Part shown: piece after piece, positions 29,473 through 39,609 of the stretch
Layout: each line of letters opens with the position of its first letter
How positions within the stretch are numbered: position 1 is the first letter of the stretch
Origin: an uncultured Clostridia bacterium
GTDB taxonomy: Bacteria > Bacillota > Clostridia > TANB77 > CAG-508
Reading direction: 5' to 3'
Assembly (NCBI GenBank): GCA_934141605.1
Contig: CAKPCL010000001.1
Coordinates: 90,730-154,729 of the forward strand
Length of the DNA: 64,000 nt
Translations under genes and position numbers: made by a program
Notes under the pieces: generated by a model
Database searches by the model: none
Seen by the model: the letters and a program-made list of their open reading frames with translations, nothing else
Told to the model about the DNA's origin: nothing

Positions 29473-29505
29473 CCTCAAAAAACCCTGTGGCATTGCCATA
29501 GGGTT

Positions 29506-32500
29506 TTACATTTTTATTTCTATATTATAAATTCCATTATCTTGTAATTTTATAGAATTTTCAACTTTCTCACCATTTAGTGTTACTTCTTCTACTCCTG
29601 AATTTTTATTATTTGGATTTTTAACAGTAATATTATAAAAAGCATTTTTCCATTTATATTTAATATTATATTCTTTCCAGTCTTTTGGGATACATGGTTC
29701 TATACTCATGGTTTGGTTTCTTATTTTTAGTCCTAAAATGAATTCAATTCCTGCTTTATAGTACCAACTTGCTGAGCCTGTATACCATGTCCAACCGCCT
29801 CGTCCTGCTAAGTTTCCTGCTCCGTAAATATCAGCTGGTATAACATATGGTTCAACTTTGTATTTGTTACTTGCTTCTTTTGTTCTTGAGTGTTCAATTG
29901 GATTTATCATCCTATATGCTTCTGTTGCTTTGTCTCCAAATCCTAGCATGGCTTCTGCTATTATTACCCAACAGCTGGCATGTGTGTATTGACCACCATT
30001 TTCTCTAACACCCGGCAAATATGACTTAATATATCCCGGTTCTAATTTTCCTCTTTCAAACGGAGGATCTAATAATTTTATTATTCCATTTTCTTTATCT
30101 ATTAAATGATTTTCAAGACTCTCCATTGATATATACTTTTTATCATTATCTCCTGCATTTGATATAATACTCCAGCTTTGTGCTATACTATCTATCCTAC
30201 ACTCATCATTAACCATACTTCCAAGCACATTGCCATTGTCCATAAAAGCTCTTTTAAACCATCTTCCGTCCCAACCATTTGTATTTAATGCTTTCTTTAG
30301 TTGTTGCATTATTAGCTCATATCTTTTTATTTGTTCTTCAAAATTTGAAACTTCATAATTTTCATTTGATATAATCCATTTATTTTGCTCTATAATAGTT
30401 TTCATTATATCTATAAATCTATTTAATACATTATATAGGAAAAATCCAAGCCATACACTTTCTCCAATTCCTTTAGATCCAACTTTGCTGAAGCCGTCGT
30501 TCCAATCTCCACTTCCTATTTTAGGAAGCCCATTTTTTCCAAAGTTTAAACTTCTTTCTATTGCCTTTATACAATGTTCAAATATAGTTCCTTCTTCTTT
30601 CGTAAATTCAAATTTATCATACCTTTCATCTTCATTTTCTTTTAAAGTTTCTCCTATTAAATACGGAGTTTTTTCTTCTAATATTGAATAATCCCCTGTA
30701 AATTCAATATATTCACAAGTCACATATACAAGCCATAATAAGTCGTCTGAGAATTTTGTCCTTATTCCTCTTCCTGTTTCTTCATGCCACCAATGTTCAA
30801 CATCTCCTTCTATAAATTGATGTTTGCTGTGTTTTATAATTTGATGTTTTAAGAAGTCTGGATTTATATATTTTAGTGCTATTGTGTCTTGCAATTGGTC
30901 TCTGAAGCCATATGCTCCTCCAGATTGATAATATCCTGTTTTTGCTAAAAGCCTACTTTGTATTGTTTGGTATATATCCCACCCATTTAAAATAATGTTC
31001 ATTGATTCTAGTGGTGTATATATTTGTAATTTTCCTAATAAATTTTTCCAGTAATTTTTAACATTTTCTAGTTCTTGTCTACAATTTTGGATTTTACTGT
31101 ACTTATATGCCATATTTTTACTGTCAATTGTTGTTTCTTCTGCTCCTAGCATGAAGGTTATCTCTTTTTCTGATAAACTTTCAAGCTCAACTTCAATTTC
31201 ATAAGCTACACAGGCCTTTTTTCCTATGCTATTTTCATTATTTAAATTTGTTTTCCTTAACGCATCTGGGTTCGATAAGTTTCCGTTTCCTAAAAAGAAT
31301 TTTTTATCTCCTGTATAACTTATTATTTTTTCACTATTTGATACATAAATAATGTCATCACTGAATTCACTATTGTATAAATTTTGAACGCAAATTATAT
31401 TGTTGTTTTTGTCATGTGTTAGGTTTATATAGCCGTCTGATTTTAGTTCATTTTCGCCTAAAACTGGTTTCATGTAATATATTATTTTTAGTTTTTTTCT
31501 GGTTAAGCTCATATTTTTTAGTTTTAGAATTCCTATTTTTATGCTATCTTCTTTTGGTACAAATACTTCTAATTCTTGTTCTATATCATCACTTTTGTGA
31601 ATATATTTTATATATCCAAATCCGTAAATGACATTATAATTTTTGTCATCTGGCATAGGGTTTAGTCCAAGTGACCAAGCCTTTTTTGTCTCTAAATCTT
31701 TTAAATATATTATTTCTGATGGTATATCATATGTTGCTTCATTTTCCCATGAGCTTATTCTATTTAATCTACAATTTTTATACCATGTATATCCACCCAT
31801 ATTTTCTGTCATAAGCGTTCCAAATTTTTCGTTTGCCATAATATGTGACCAAACTGTTGGAAGCCTGTTCTCTGCGTTAGTTTTTATTAAATATTCTTTT
31901 CCGTCTTCTGAAAATGCTCCATATTCATTGTAATATTTAAGTTTTTCAGTATTTTGTAAAATGTCTATATTGTCAGTATTTTCAGCTTCTATTGTTATAT
32001 TTTCTATTTCATTTTCAACATTTTTGTATTTTTCTAAATATTCTTCTTCTATTTCTTTAATAGAATTTTCTAATCCTCCTTTGCTACTGTCTATGGTTAC
32101 TTTCGCTACAAATTCTAATAGTTCTAAATCTTCTTTACTTATTTCATTTCTTGAAAGTTCAAAAATTCCTCCTCTTATGTTTTTTAAATATGCCATTTGA
32201 CTATTTAAAATCATTCCTTCTATTTCTTCTCTTGTATAATTTTCATAACTGTGTTTTTCTTCGTCTATAATTACAAGTTCTACTTCAAAGTTTTTAGTTC
32301 TTATAAATTCATAAGCTTTTAATATTTCTTTTACAACATATGCTTCATTAACATTTTTTACTTTAACTAAAATTATTGGTATATCTCCTGAAATTCCATA
32401 TTTCCATAGTTCACTTTGTGAATATTTTCTTTTTGGTAATTTATCTAAATTTGTCTTTTTATTAGGATTGCTAAATATAATGTATGATAGTATTTTTTGA

Positions 32501-32769
32501 TAGTTTCTTATTTGAGTTCCTTTTATTCTTAAATATCTACTTTGTGCTTCATTTTTTGCTTTTGATAGTTCAAATGCTTTTTGTATATTTTCTTCTATCT
32601 TATATTTTTTGATATTTTCTATTACTTTTTCTTTATTTTCTCCCACTGAAATAATTAAATTGATTGTTGCTTTTTGATTTGCTTTTATTTTCATTGTTCT
32701 TTTTAGTGCTAATATTGGTTCTGTGACTAATCCTATTTTTTTAGAAAATGGACTAGAGTTTTTTACCAT
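29506..32769 (-). CDS. Cyclic beta-1,2-glucan synthase homologue, C-terminal part (GH94 glycoside phosphorylase-like domain)
   Basis: 1087 aa; resembles the GH94 (cellobiose-phosphorylase-like) region of ChvB/NdvB (YQSGGAYGFRDQLQD); probably one gene with 32753-37645, split by a frameshift. Confidence 0.6.
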   Translation of the reverse strand: MVKNSSPFSKKIGLVTEPILALKRTMKIKANQKATINLIISVGENKEKVIENIKKYKIEENIQKAFELSKAKNEAQSRYLRIKGTQIRNYQKILSYIIFSNPNKKTNLDKLPKRKYSQSELWKYGISGDIPIILVKVKNVNEAYVVKEILKAYEFIRTKNFEVELVIIDEEKHSYENYTREEIEGMILNSQMAYLKNIRGGIFELSRNEISKEDLELLEFVAKVTIDSSKGGLENSIKEIEEEYLEKYKNVENEIENITIEAENTDNIDILQNTEKLKYYNEYGAFSEDGKEYLIKTNAENRLPTVWSHIMANEKFGTLMTENMGGYTWYKNCRLNRISSWENEATYDIPSEIIYLKDLETKKAWSLGLNPMPDDKNYNVIYGFGYIKYIHKSDDIEQELEVFVPKEDSIKIGILKLKNMSLTRKKLKIIYYMKPVLGENELKSDGYINLTHDKNNNIICVQNLYNSEFSDDIIYVSNSEKIISYTGDKKFFLGNGNLSNPDALRKTNLNNENSIGKKACVAYEIEVELESLSEKEITFMLGAEETTIDSKNMAYKYSKIQNCRQELENVKNYWKNLLGKLQIYTPLESMNIILNGWDIYQTIQSRLLAKTGYYQSGGAYGFRDQLQDTIALKYINPDFLKHQIIKHSKHQFIEGDVEHWWHEETGRGIRTKFSDDLLWLVYVTCEYIEFTGDYSILEEKTPYLIGETLKENEDERYDKFEFTKEEGTIFEHCIKAIERSLNFGKNGLPKIGSGDWNDGFSKVGSKGIGESVWLGFFLYNVLNRFIDIMKTIIEQNKWIISNENYEVSNFEEQIKRYELIMQQLKKALNTNGWDGRWFKRAFMDNGNVLGSMVNDECRIDSIAQSWSIISNAGDNDKKYISMESLENHLIDKENGIIKLLDPPFERGKLEPGYIKSYLPGVRENGGQYTHASCWVIIAEAMLGFGDKATEAYRMINPIEHSRTKEASNKYKVEPYVIPADIYGAGNLAGRGGWTWYTGSASWYYKAGIEFILGLKIRNQTMSIEPCIPKDWKEYNIKYKWKNAFYNITVKNPNNKNSGVEEVTLNGEKVENSIKLQDNGIYNIEIKM

Positions 32770-35700
32770 TTGTGGTATTTGAATATTTCCTCTTCCGAAT
32801 AAACTTTTCTTTGTCTATTTCGTACTCTAAATCCCCAATTACTTCATCATATGTGGATAAATTTGCACACATATAAATTTCTTCTTGTTCTCCTCTTTTT
32901 TTCCTTTTGACAACTATGCTATTTGTTTCGTGTTCAAAGTCAAAAGTTAAAAATAAGTCATTAAAAGCTGGGTGAGCATAGTCTTGTTCTTTTTGTGAAA
33001 GTACTGGTTCAAAATATGATGTTATTTCTAGTATTTCGTCTTCATTTCCTGTATTTTCTAGTGTAACTTGTCTTATTTCAACAGGTTCATCTGGTGCTAT
33101 TATAGTTTCTATTTTTGTTTTTATATTGTCATTTACTATTTCTTGTTCAATTTTATCTGGCATAAAACTTATTTGATATTTATTATTTGATTTATAATTC
33201 GTGCTCCATATTTTTTTAGATTTGATATTTTTTATATTAAAAAATATTCCTTGTGGGTAGTCTTCTGTTCCTTTAAATCTGTTAATGAATTTGTTTTTAT
33301 ATATGCTTACTCCTTCGCCTTTTTGGTTCATTGCTATAAGGTAATTTTCGTTACTAATTACATTTCCTCTAATTAATCTTTCATCAATTTTCTTGTAGGT
33401 GTCTTTTATATAATCTTCATAATCTATATATTTTAATTTTTGTACTTTTTCTTTATTTTCTTTTGTAATTATTGCAGTTTCTGGCATTCGTTCTTGTAAT
33501 AGTATTTTTATTGCATTAATTTTTGGGTTTTGCATAAATCTTTTTTGTAATATATTATTGTTAAATAAATTATTTATTGATAATAGTATAAGTCCTTGAT
33601 GATGTGCCATATAAGTTTTTACTACTGCTGATTGTTTTCCTTTTTCTAATCTTTCTGGTGTAAAATCTATTGATTCATAAAAACCATATTTTCCATACAT
33701 CCCATATTCTTCGAGTCTTTTTAAATTTTTATATACTTCCCTTGGGTAATCTGTTATTGCTAAAACACTTCCATATGGCGCTACTACCATTTCGTCAGCT
33801 AGTCCTCTTTTTAGTCCAAGCCATGGAATTCCAAAGGCTTTATATTGATAATTTGAGTGTAAATCTTTTAGATTAAATGCCGCTTCTGATATTCCCCATG
33901 GTATTTGTAATTTTTTTGCATATTCCATTTGACTCATAATCATAAATTTGCAAGATTCGTCTAATAGGCTTCCTTTATATTTTGGAATATTTATGTTTGG
34001 CATTAAATATTCAAATGAAGTCCCAGACCATGACACTAACCCTTTATATTTTCCAAGTGTTGTAAGTGTTCTGCTTAAAGAATTCCAATGTTTTACTGGT
34101 ACATCTTTTTTTGCAATAGCTATTAGGCTGGCTTGTCTTGCTTCAGATGCAAGTAAATCATAATATGAATTTGTTAGTTTATTGTCTTCTATATTAAACC
34201 CAATTGAGAATATTTGTTGTTCTTTTAAATATAATTGTGAAAAATCAGTATTATCAATTATTTTATCTACAATTTCTATAATATGATTTTCATTTGATGC
34301 TTTTTCTTCTAGCCATATTTTTGTAACATATAGATATCCTACAAAATTACCGCTGTCAACTGTCGATATATATCTTGGAATTAATGGTTCTTTTGTTTCT
34401 GTATTATACCAATTGTATAAATGGCCATTCCATTTTTGGAGATTATCTATTGTATAAATTATATTTTCTAATATTTCTAGGGTCTTTTCTAAACTAATAT
34501 ATCCTAAATCATTTGCTGAAATAACTGCCAACATTGATAATCCAATATTTGTAGATGATGTTCTTTTTACTATTTTGTTTTTTCTATCTTCCTGATAATT
34601 ATCTGGTATTAAATAATTATTTTCTTGATTTAAATATTTGCTAAAGAAGTTCCATGTTTTTCTGCCTATTTCTAAGATATATTCTTTTTCATTTTGTGTT
34701 AATTTTTCTATTGCCTTTTTTTCTTCATTTTCTTTGCTTATATAGCACATTATTGCAGGTGTAATTAGCCATAGCAATCCTAAAAATATTGCTATGATGC
34801 TTTTATATTGTACATAAATTATTACTGATAATACTCCAGCAATAACATTTATAAACATATTTTTATAATATGACATTAAATCGGTTTTTCCTAGTCTTTC
34901 AGCTTCCTCTGAGGTTGTCCACTCTAAAAGATTTTTATGTGTAACTAGTAATCTATATATTGTCTTTCCTATTGCTTTTAAAGCCGAATATGCTTTATAT
35001 GGCATACAACCAAGTGATATTATTGCTCTTAAAAATATTCCTTTTAATCCAGATATTTGCGGTGTAAATGTTTTTTGCTTTTCCTCTCCTTCTTTTTTTG
35101 CTATTATATAATTAAATATTTCTAATATATATGGTGTTAGTTCTATTAATATTAGTAATGCGTCAATTCCTAATATATTGATTTTAAAGGTAATTCTTAG
35201 TATATTTAAATATATTAATGAAGCTAATATTGATATTTCAAATAAACTTCTTCTTAGATTATCAAATATTTTATATTTTGATAGTAAATTAAGTTCACTT
35301 TTGTGTCCTAACCAGCGTATTATTTGCCAATCTCCTCTAATCCATCTTGATAATCTGTTCATAAAGCTAGTGTATTTTGTAGGATATCCGTCCATTAGCA
35401 TTACATCTGATACTAGTCCACATCTTAAATAACAGCCTTCTAATAAATCGTGGCTTAATACTGTGTTTTCAGGTATTCTATCTTTTAGGACTTTGGAAAA
35501 TACTTTTAAGTCATATATTCCTTTTCCTGTAAAAATTCCTTCTTTGAAATTGTCTTGGTATATATCGGAAATTGCATTTGTGTAGCTATCTATTCCTCCT
35601 GCTCCTGCAAATATTTTTGTAAATAAAGTTTTATAGCTTATATCAAGGTTAACTCCAACTCGTGGTTGCATTATTCCATAACCTTCTACTACTATGTTTT

Positions 35701-37645
35701 TTTGTTCATCTAGTACGGGTTTATTTAGAATATGTGCCATGGCTCCTATTAGTTCTTGTGCAGAGTTTAAAATTAAGTCGGTGTCTGAATCTAATGTTAT
35801 TATATATTTAATATTTTGTAATGTTTTTATTGTTTCTTCTTTTTCTATATGTTCTTGAAGGGTATTTATTTTAAATGGATTTTTTTGTTGTAAAACATAT
35901 TCATTAAATTGATTTAATAGTCCTCTTTTTCTTTCCCAGCCTAGATAGCTATTTTCTTTTTCGTTCCATTTTCTTTCTCTGTATATAAAGCTAAAAATAG
36001 GGAAATTGTCATTTGGGTATTTTTTATTTAATTCATCTACTTGTTTTATTGCTTCTTGTATTACTTCTTCATCAAATGTTTCTTCTTTTAGATTGCTTTG
36101 TGAACAATCTCCTAATAATGTAAAATATAGATTTTCTGATTTATTTGCTAAATAATATGTTTCTAAATTTTTCATCATTTCTTGTACTTTTTCTTTATTT
36201 TTTATAATTGTTGGTATGACTACTATTGTAGAATTTTCTTTATCAATTCCGTTTGAGAAGTCTATTTTGGGTATTATTTTAGGTTTTACAATTTTGTTTA
36301 AAATATATTGTATTACTTTTATTACTACTTCGCTTGATGGTACTAAAAATAAAATAAAGCTTAATATTGAGATTTCTATTTTTTGTATTTTTAGGTTTAA
36401 AAAGTAACTTAAAATTATTGATATTAATATGCTCAAGGTACTTACTGCTAATATATATATTTTAGTTTTATTTTGTTCTGTTTCTTCTCTTCTTGTTGTG
36501 TATTCTAGTTTTGCATATAGTTCATTTATTCCTTTGTCTATTAGATAATATCCTATGTGTGATTTTTTATTTTTGCCTTCTTTGTTTAAATTTTCTTCTG
36601 CTAATTCTAGCATTTTTCTAGCTATATATATTTCTGATATTTTTGTTTTTTTACTTATTTCTTTTATTTTTCCTCTATAATAGTCTTTGGTTTTGTAGTC
36701 CATTTTGCTATATACTTCTGCTGGGTCTTTTTTTAGAATTTCTTCTACTCCATTTATTTTTTCAAATACTTCTAAAAAGTTTATTCTTTGTATTTCTTTA
36801 ATGCTTGTTATACTGTTTCCAATTAGTACTTTATTTACAGCTATTTCAAAATGTTCTTTTTTTATTACATCAGATACTGTCGTTCCTAATTTTTCTACTA
36901 CTTCTTCTAGAATATTTAAGTAGGCATTTGCTTTTTTTCCATATCTTTTTAAAATGTATGACATATATTCTATAAAAGGGTATTTCATGTCTTGAAATGC
37001 GTTTTTTTCTATCTTTTTTTGGTTATTTTTGTATATTATTTGGTTTTTGTCTTTTCCTTCTATTATTTTTTCTGTAATGCTTTCTGCTCTATATTTTTGT
37101 ACTTGGCTACTATATATTTTGTTACAGCACTCTGTTATATTTTCTATTATTGCAATTTGCAAAAATATTCCTATGTTCCATATTTCGTCCATGCTTAATG
37201 TTTTTTTGTTTTGGTAACTTTCTAGATAATCGCTTAAGTTGGCTTTTTCTATTTTGTTGTCTGAATATGCTACAATTTCAGATGCTAATACATATATTCT
37301 TGCAAATCCTTTGTATTCTCCATTTGCTATTCCTACAAAATTTATATATTTTTTTAATGGTAGTTCTTTTTGAATTTGTTTTACTGTTTCTTCTATTATA
37401 TAGAAATTGTCTAATAGCCACTCTCCTGCCGGGTGTATGTTTATTCCTAATTTTAAGTGTTCATTTAATATGTTGTATGTTTCTTTTATTGTTTTGAAGT
37501 TTTCTATTAGTCCTGGTATTGGGTATGTGTCTTTTTCTGTTTTTGATGTTGTGTTATGACTTGATGCTATTTTTTCTAGGTGTTTTTCTAGTTGTGCTTT
37601 TTCTAGCATTGTTCCTGTTATTTTTAGTTTTTTATTTGTTTTCAA
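32753..37645 (-). CDS. Cyclic beta-1,2-glucan synthase homologue, N-terminal part (GT84 glycosyltransferase plus TM region)
   Basis: 1630 aa; GT84 motifs ITLDSDTDL, GIMQPR, GKGIYD, SHDLLEG, RWIRGDWQ; multiple TM helices; TTG start with AGGAG RBS; overlaps the next ORF by 17 nt in a different frame. Confidence 0.6.
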   Translation of the reverse strand: MKTNKKLKITGTMLEKAQLEKHLEKIASSHNTTSKTEKDTYPIPGLIENFKTIKETYNILNEHLKLGINIHPAGEWLLDNFYIIEETVKQIQKELPLKKYINFVGIANGEYKGFARIYVLASEIVAYSDNKIEKANLSDYLESYQNKKTLSMDEIWNIGIFLQIAIIENITECCNKIYSSQVQKYRAESITEKIIEGKDKNQIIYKNNQKKIEKNAFQDMKYPFIEYMSYILKRYGKKANAYLNILEEVVEKLGTTVSDVIKKEHFEIAVNKVLIGNSITSIKEIQRINFLEVFEKINGVEEILKKDPAEVYSKMDYKTKDYYRGKIKEISKKTKISEIYIARKMLELAEENLNKEGKNKKSHIGYYLIDKGINELYAKLEYTTRREETEQNKTKIYILAVSTLSILISIILSYFLNLKIQKIEISILSFILFLVPSSEVVIKVIQYILNKIVKPKIIPKIDFSNGIDKENSTIVVIPTIIKNKEKVQEMMKNLETYYLANKSENLYFTLLGDCSQSNLKEETFDEEVIQEAIKQVDELNKKYPNDNFPIFSFIYRERKWNEKENSYLGWERKRGLLNQFNEYVLQQKNPFKINTLQEHIEKEETIKTLQNIKYIITLDSDTDLILNSAQELIGAMAHILNKPVLDEQKNIVVEGYGIMQPRVGVNLDISYKTLFTKIFAGAGGIDSYTNAISDIYQDNFKEGIFTGKGIYDLKVFSKVLKDRIPENTVLSHDLLEGCYLRCGLVSDVMLMDGYPTKYTSFMNRLSRWIRGDWQIIRWLGHKSELNLLSKYKIFDNLRRSLFEISILASLIYLNILRITFKINILGIDALLILIELTPYILEIFNYIIAKKEGEEKQKTFTPQISGLKGIFLRAIISLGCMPYKAYSALKAIGKTIYRLLVTHKNLLEWTTSEEAERLGKTDLMSYYKNMFINVIAGVLSVIIYVQYKSIIAIFLGLLWLITPAIMCYISKENEEKKAIEKLTQNEKEYILEIGRKTWNFFSKYLNQENNYLIPDNYQEDRKNKIVKRTSSTNIGLSMLAVISANDLGYISLEKTLEILENIIYTIDNLQKWNGHLYNWYNTETKEPLIPRYISTVDSGNFVGYLYVTKIWLEEKASNENHIIEIVDKIIDNTDFSQLYLKEQQIFSIGFNIEDNKLTNSYYDLLASEARQASLIAIAKKDVPVKHWNSLSRTLTTLGKYKGLVSWSGTSFEYLMPNINIPKYKGSLLDESCKFMIMSQMEYAKKLQIPWGISEAAFNLKDLHSNYQYKAFGIPWLGLKRGLADEMVVAPYGSVLAITDYPREVYKNLKRLEEYGMYGKYGFYESIDFTPERLEKGKQSAVVKTYMAHHQGLILLSINNLFNNNILQKRFMQNPKINAIKILLQERMPETAIITKENKEKVQKLKYIDYEDYIKDTYKKIDERLIRGNVISNENYLIAMNQKGEGVSIYKNKFINRFKGTEDYPQGIFFNIKNIKSKKIWSTNYKSNNKYQISFMPDKIEQEIVNDNIKTKIETIIAPDEPVEIRQVTLENTGNEDEILEITSYFEPVLSQKEQDYAHPAFNDLFLTFDFEHETNSIVVKRKKRGEQEEIYMCANLSTYDEVIGDLEYEIDKEKFIRKRKYSNTTNGKKL

Positions 37646-37646
37646 A

Positions 37647-37703
37647 AAATTTCCACTCCTTGCAAACTTTTTGTTTTTATTGTTTGCTAAAGAGTGGAAA
37701 TTT
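37647..37703 (-). terminator. Hairpin (12-bp perfect stem) downstream of the small membrane-protein gene, overlapping the RBS of the glucan synthase
   Basis: aaatttccactc ... gagtggaaattt followed by a T-run on the minus strand. Confidence 0.4.
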
Positions 37704-37736
37704 ATTCATTTTTTAAAATTTTTAAAGAGGTCACAA

Positions 37737-37931
37737 TTAGTGGCCTCTTTTTTTGTTGAAGTTTTCTTTTAGATAGTTGTAAGCTCTTTGGGTAAGAGCC
37801 GTTCCCATTGCAGTAAATAATACTGTAAACCAAAGTTGGTCATGTTTGACAATTGCAAGAATTATCATTAATATGCCAAATACCATTAATCCTACTCCAA
37901 CCATTAAAGTTTCCATCTTGTCTTTTCTCAT
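37737..37931 (-). CDS. Small membrane protein (64 aa)
   Basis: One or two TM helices; strong RBS aaaaggag; preceded by a near-consensus promoter. Confidence 0.5.
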   Translation of the reverse strand: MRKDKMETLMVGVGLMVFGILMIILAIVKHDQLWFTVLFTAMGTALTQRAYNYLKENFNKKRGH

Positions 37932-37951
37932 AATTGTCTTCTCCTTTTATA

Positions 37952-38019
37952 TTGGCTATAATCTAGCCAGTTAATGTAGTAATTACTTATATTATAGCAC
38001 ATTTAAGTAAAAAATGCAA
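37952..38019 (-). promoter_or_regulatory. Promoter (TTGCAT-17-TATAAT) plus palindromic operator TTGGCTAtaatcTAGCCAg, copy 1
   Basis: -35 at 38014-38019 and -10 at 37991-37996 (minus strand); palindrome 37952-37970 in the 5'UTR; 38-bp block identical to copy 2. Confidence 0.55.
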
Positions 38020-38061
38020 AATCTTCATAATATTATTATATAGTTATGAAAAAAGCTCGTA

Positions 38062-38325
38062 TCAACGAGCTTTTTCGGAAAGTCTTTTTTTGTATAAGTA
38101 TAGGCTTTCGTTCATTGTGTCATCAAGCAGGATTACTCCAGCAACCATGCCTATGATTCCACCGGTTTCTTTCAGCAACCATATCCAGTAGATTTCACTG
38201 AGTTCAAATAGTGAATTTTTAAAAAGCAGAAATGAATTTATGATTACCACTACTGCTACAATGCACCGGATTATACGGCTGAATTGCCATCTCTTTAAAA
38301 GTTTTTTTCTTTCTGTCTTTATCAT
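38062..38325 (-). CDS. Small membrane protein (87 aa)
   Basis: Two TM helices; same promoter/operator module as its neighbour. Confidence 0.5.
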   Translation of the reverse strand: MIKTERKKLLKRWQFSRIIRCIVAVVVIINSFLLFKNSLFELSEIYWIWLLKETGGIIGMVAGVILLDDTMNESLYLYKKRLSEKAR

Positions 38326-38347
38326 ATTGTTTTTCTCCTTTTCTTTT

Positions 38348-38415
38348 TTGGCTATAACTAGCCAATTTTTATTAGTAGCTACTTATATTATAGCACATTT
38401 AAGTAAAAAATGCAA
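38348..38415 (-). promoter_or_regulatory. Promoter plus palindromic operator TTGGCTAtaacTAGCCAA, copy 2
   Basis: Perfect 7-bp half-sites 38348-38365; -10 at 38387-38392 and -35 at 38410-38415 on the minus strand. Confidence 0.55.
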
Positions 38416-38502
38416 AAATTTGAAAATAATGCTATATAATATTGATATCCAAAAACAAATATAGTAAAATACATATATAATATAAACGAAAGAGAGATAC
38501 TA

Positions 38503-39609
38503 ATGAAATATACAAATGATTTTGAAACTTTGGGATTACCAGAAAATTTTAAATTTGGAATAGAATTAGAAGCCAACAATGTAAAAACAACTGGGGAAAA
38601 TGGTTTATATACAGGAAAAAGTGCAGAATTTATAAATCAGAAAAATTGGCACATGGCTACAATAAGTGAAGAAGAACTTGTCCTTCAAGGAGGAGCTGAA
38701 TTAGTTTCCCCTATATTAAGAGATACACCAAGTGATTGGGAAAGTATTTCTTCTATTTGTGAACATATGAAAAAATTTCCTGGTAATAAAGGAGATAAGG
38801 TTATTGCAGATAGTAAATGTGGTCTACATATACATTTTGATGCAGATTGTTTGGCTAAAAATCCTGACAAAATGAGAAATTTTCTAAAATTGTATGCTGA
38901 ATCTGAAGAATTATTATATAAAATGTGTAATGATAAAAATGACCCAATAAGAAAATATGCCATAAATAAGAGTTCTAAAGGCTTGGCTATTATTTCTTCA
39001 ATATTGTTAAACGGAGTGGCTGCTCCTACTGGCAAAAAGATATTGAAACAAATTGAAAATGGTACTTTAAAAGTTTCATATAAAAAATTTGGAAAATTAA
39101 AAATGCTTATAGGTGAGCATAAATTAGACGCGCGTCGCTATTCAGGTCTTAATTTAACTAATATTGGTAATAGCAAAAAGAATACAATTGAATTTAGAAT
39201 GGCAAATGGAACATTAAATCCTGAAGTTATAAAGCAAAATGTATTTTTATATTCATCTTTAATAAATACTGCTATTAATATTACTGAAAAACCAGAACTA
39301 TACAAAGATAAATTATCAGAATTTTATAAAACAGATGTTAGTGAAAAAGAAAAAGCTGAAAATTTTCTAAATCTTATTATGGAAAATCCAGATGATAGAA
39401 AAATTTATATGGATAGATGGGACTCAGTAAAAGATGCTCCTGTTTTTCAAGAAAATTATAAAAAAGGTTTTGCAAAGAATAGATTTAACAGGGAACAATT
39501 TAAGAAAATAGCAATGAGAACCCCTGCTGATGTAGTTCGTTCAACATATTCTTATATTAATGAAATGATTAAGACAAACTATAAAGGAGATGTTGGTTAT
39601 GCTAGATGA
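38503..39609 (+). CDS. Putative amidoligase / GCS2-like carboxylate-amine ligase (glutamine-synthetase superfamily)
   Basis: N-terminal FGIELEAN (G.E.E strand), CGLHIHFD (H.H motif), EFRMANGT; 368 aa; fits the PF12224-type putative amidoligases. Confidence 0.5.
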   Translation: MKYTNDFETLGLPENFKFGIELEANNVKTTGENGLYTGKSAEFINQKNWHMATISEEELVLQGGAELVSPILRDTPSDWESISSICEHMKKFPGNKGDKVIADSKCGLHIHFDADCLAKNPDKMRNFLKLYAESEELLYKMCNDKNDPIRKYAINKSSKGLAIISSILLNGVAAPTGKKILKQIENGTLKVSYKKFGKLKMLIGEHKLDARRYSGLNLTNIGNSKKNTIEFRMANGTLNPEVIKQNVFLYSSLINTAINITEKPELYKDKLSEFYKTDVSEKEKAENFLNLIMENPDDRKIYMDRWDSVKDAPVFQENYKKGFAKNRFNREQFKKIAMRTPADVVRSTYSYINEMIKTNYKGDVGYAR

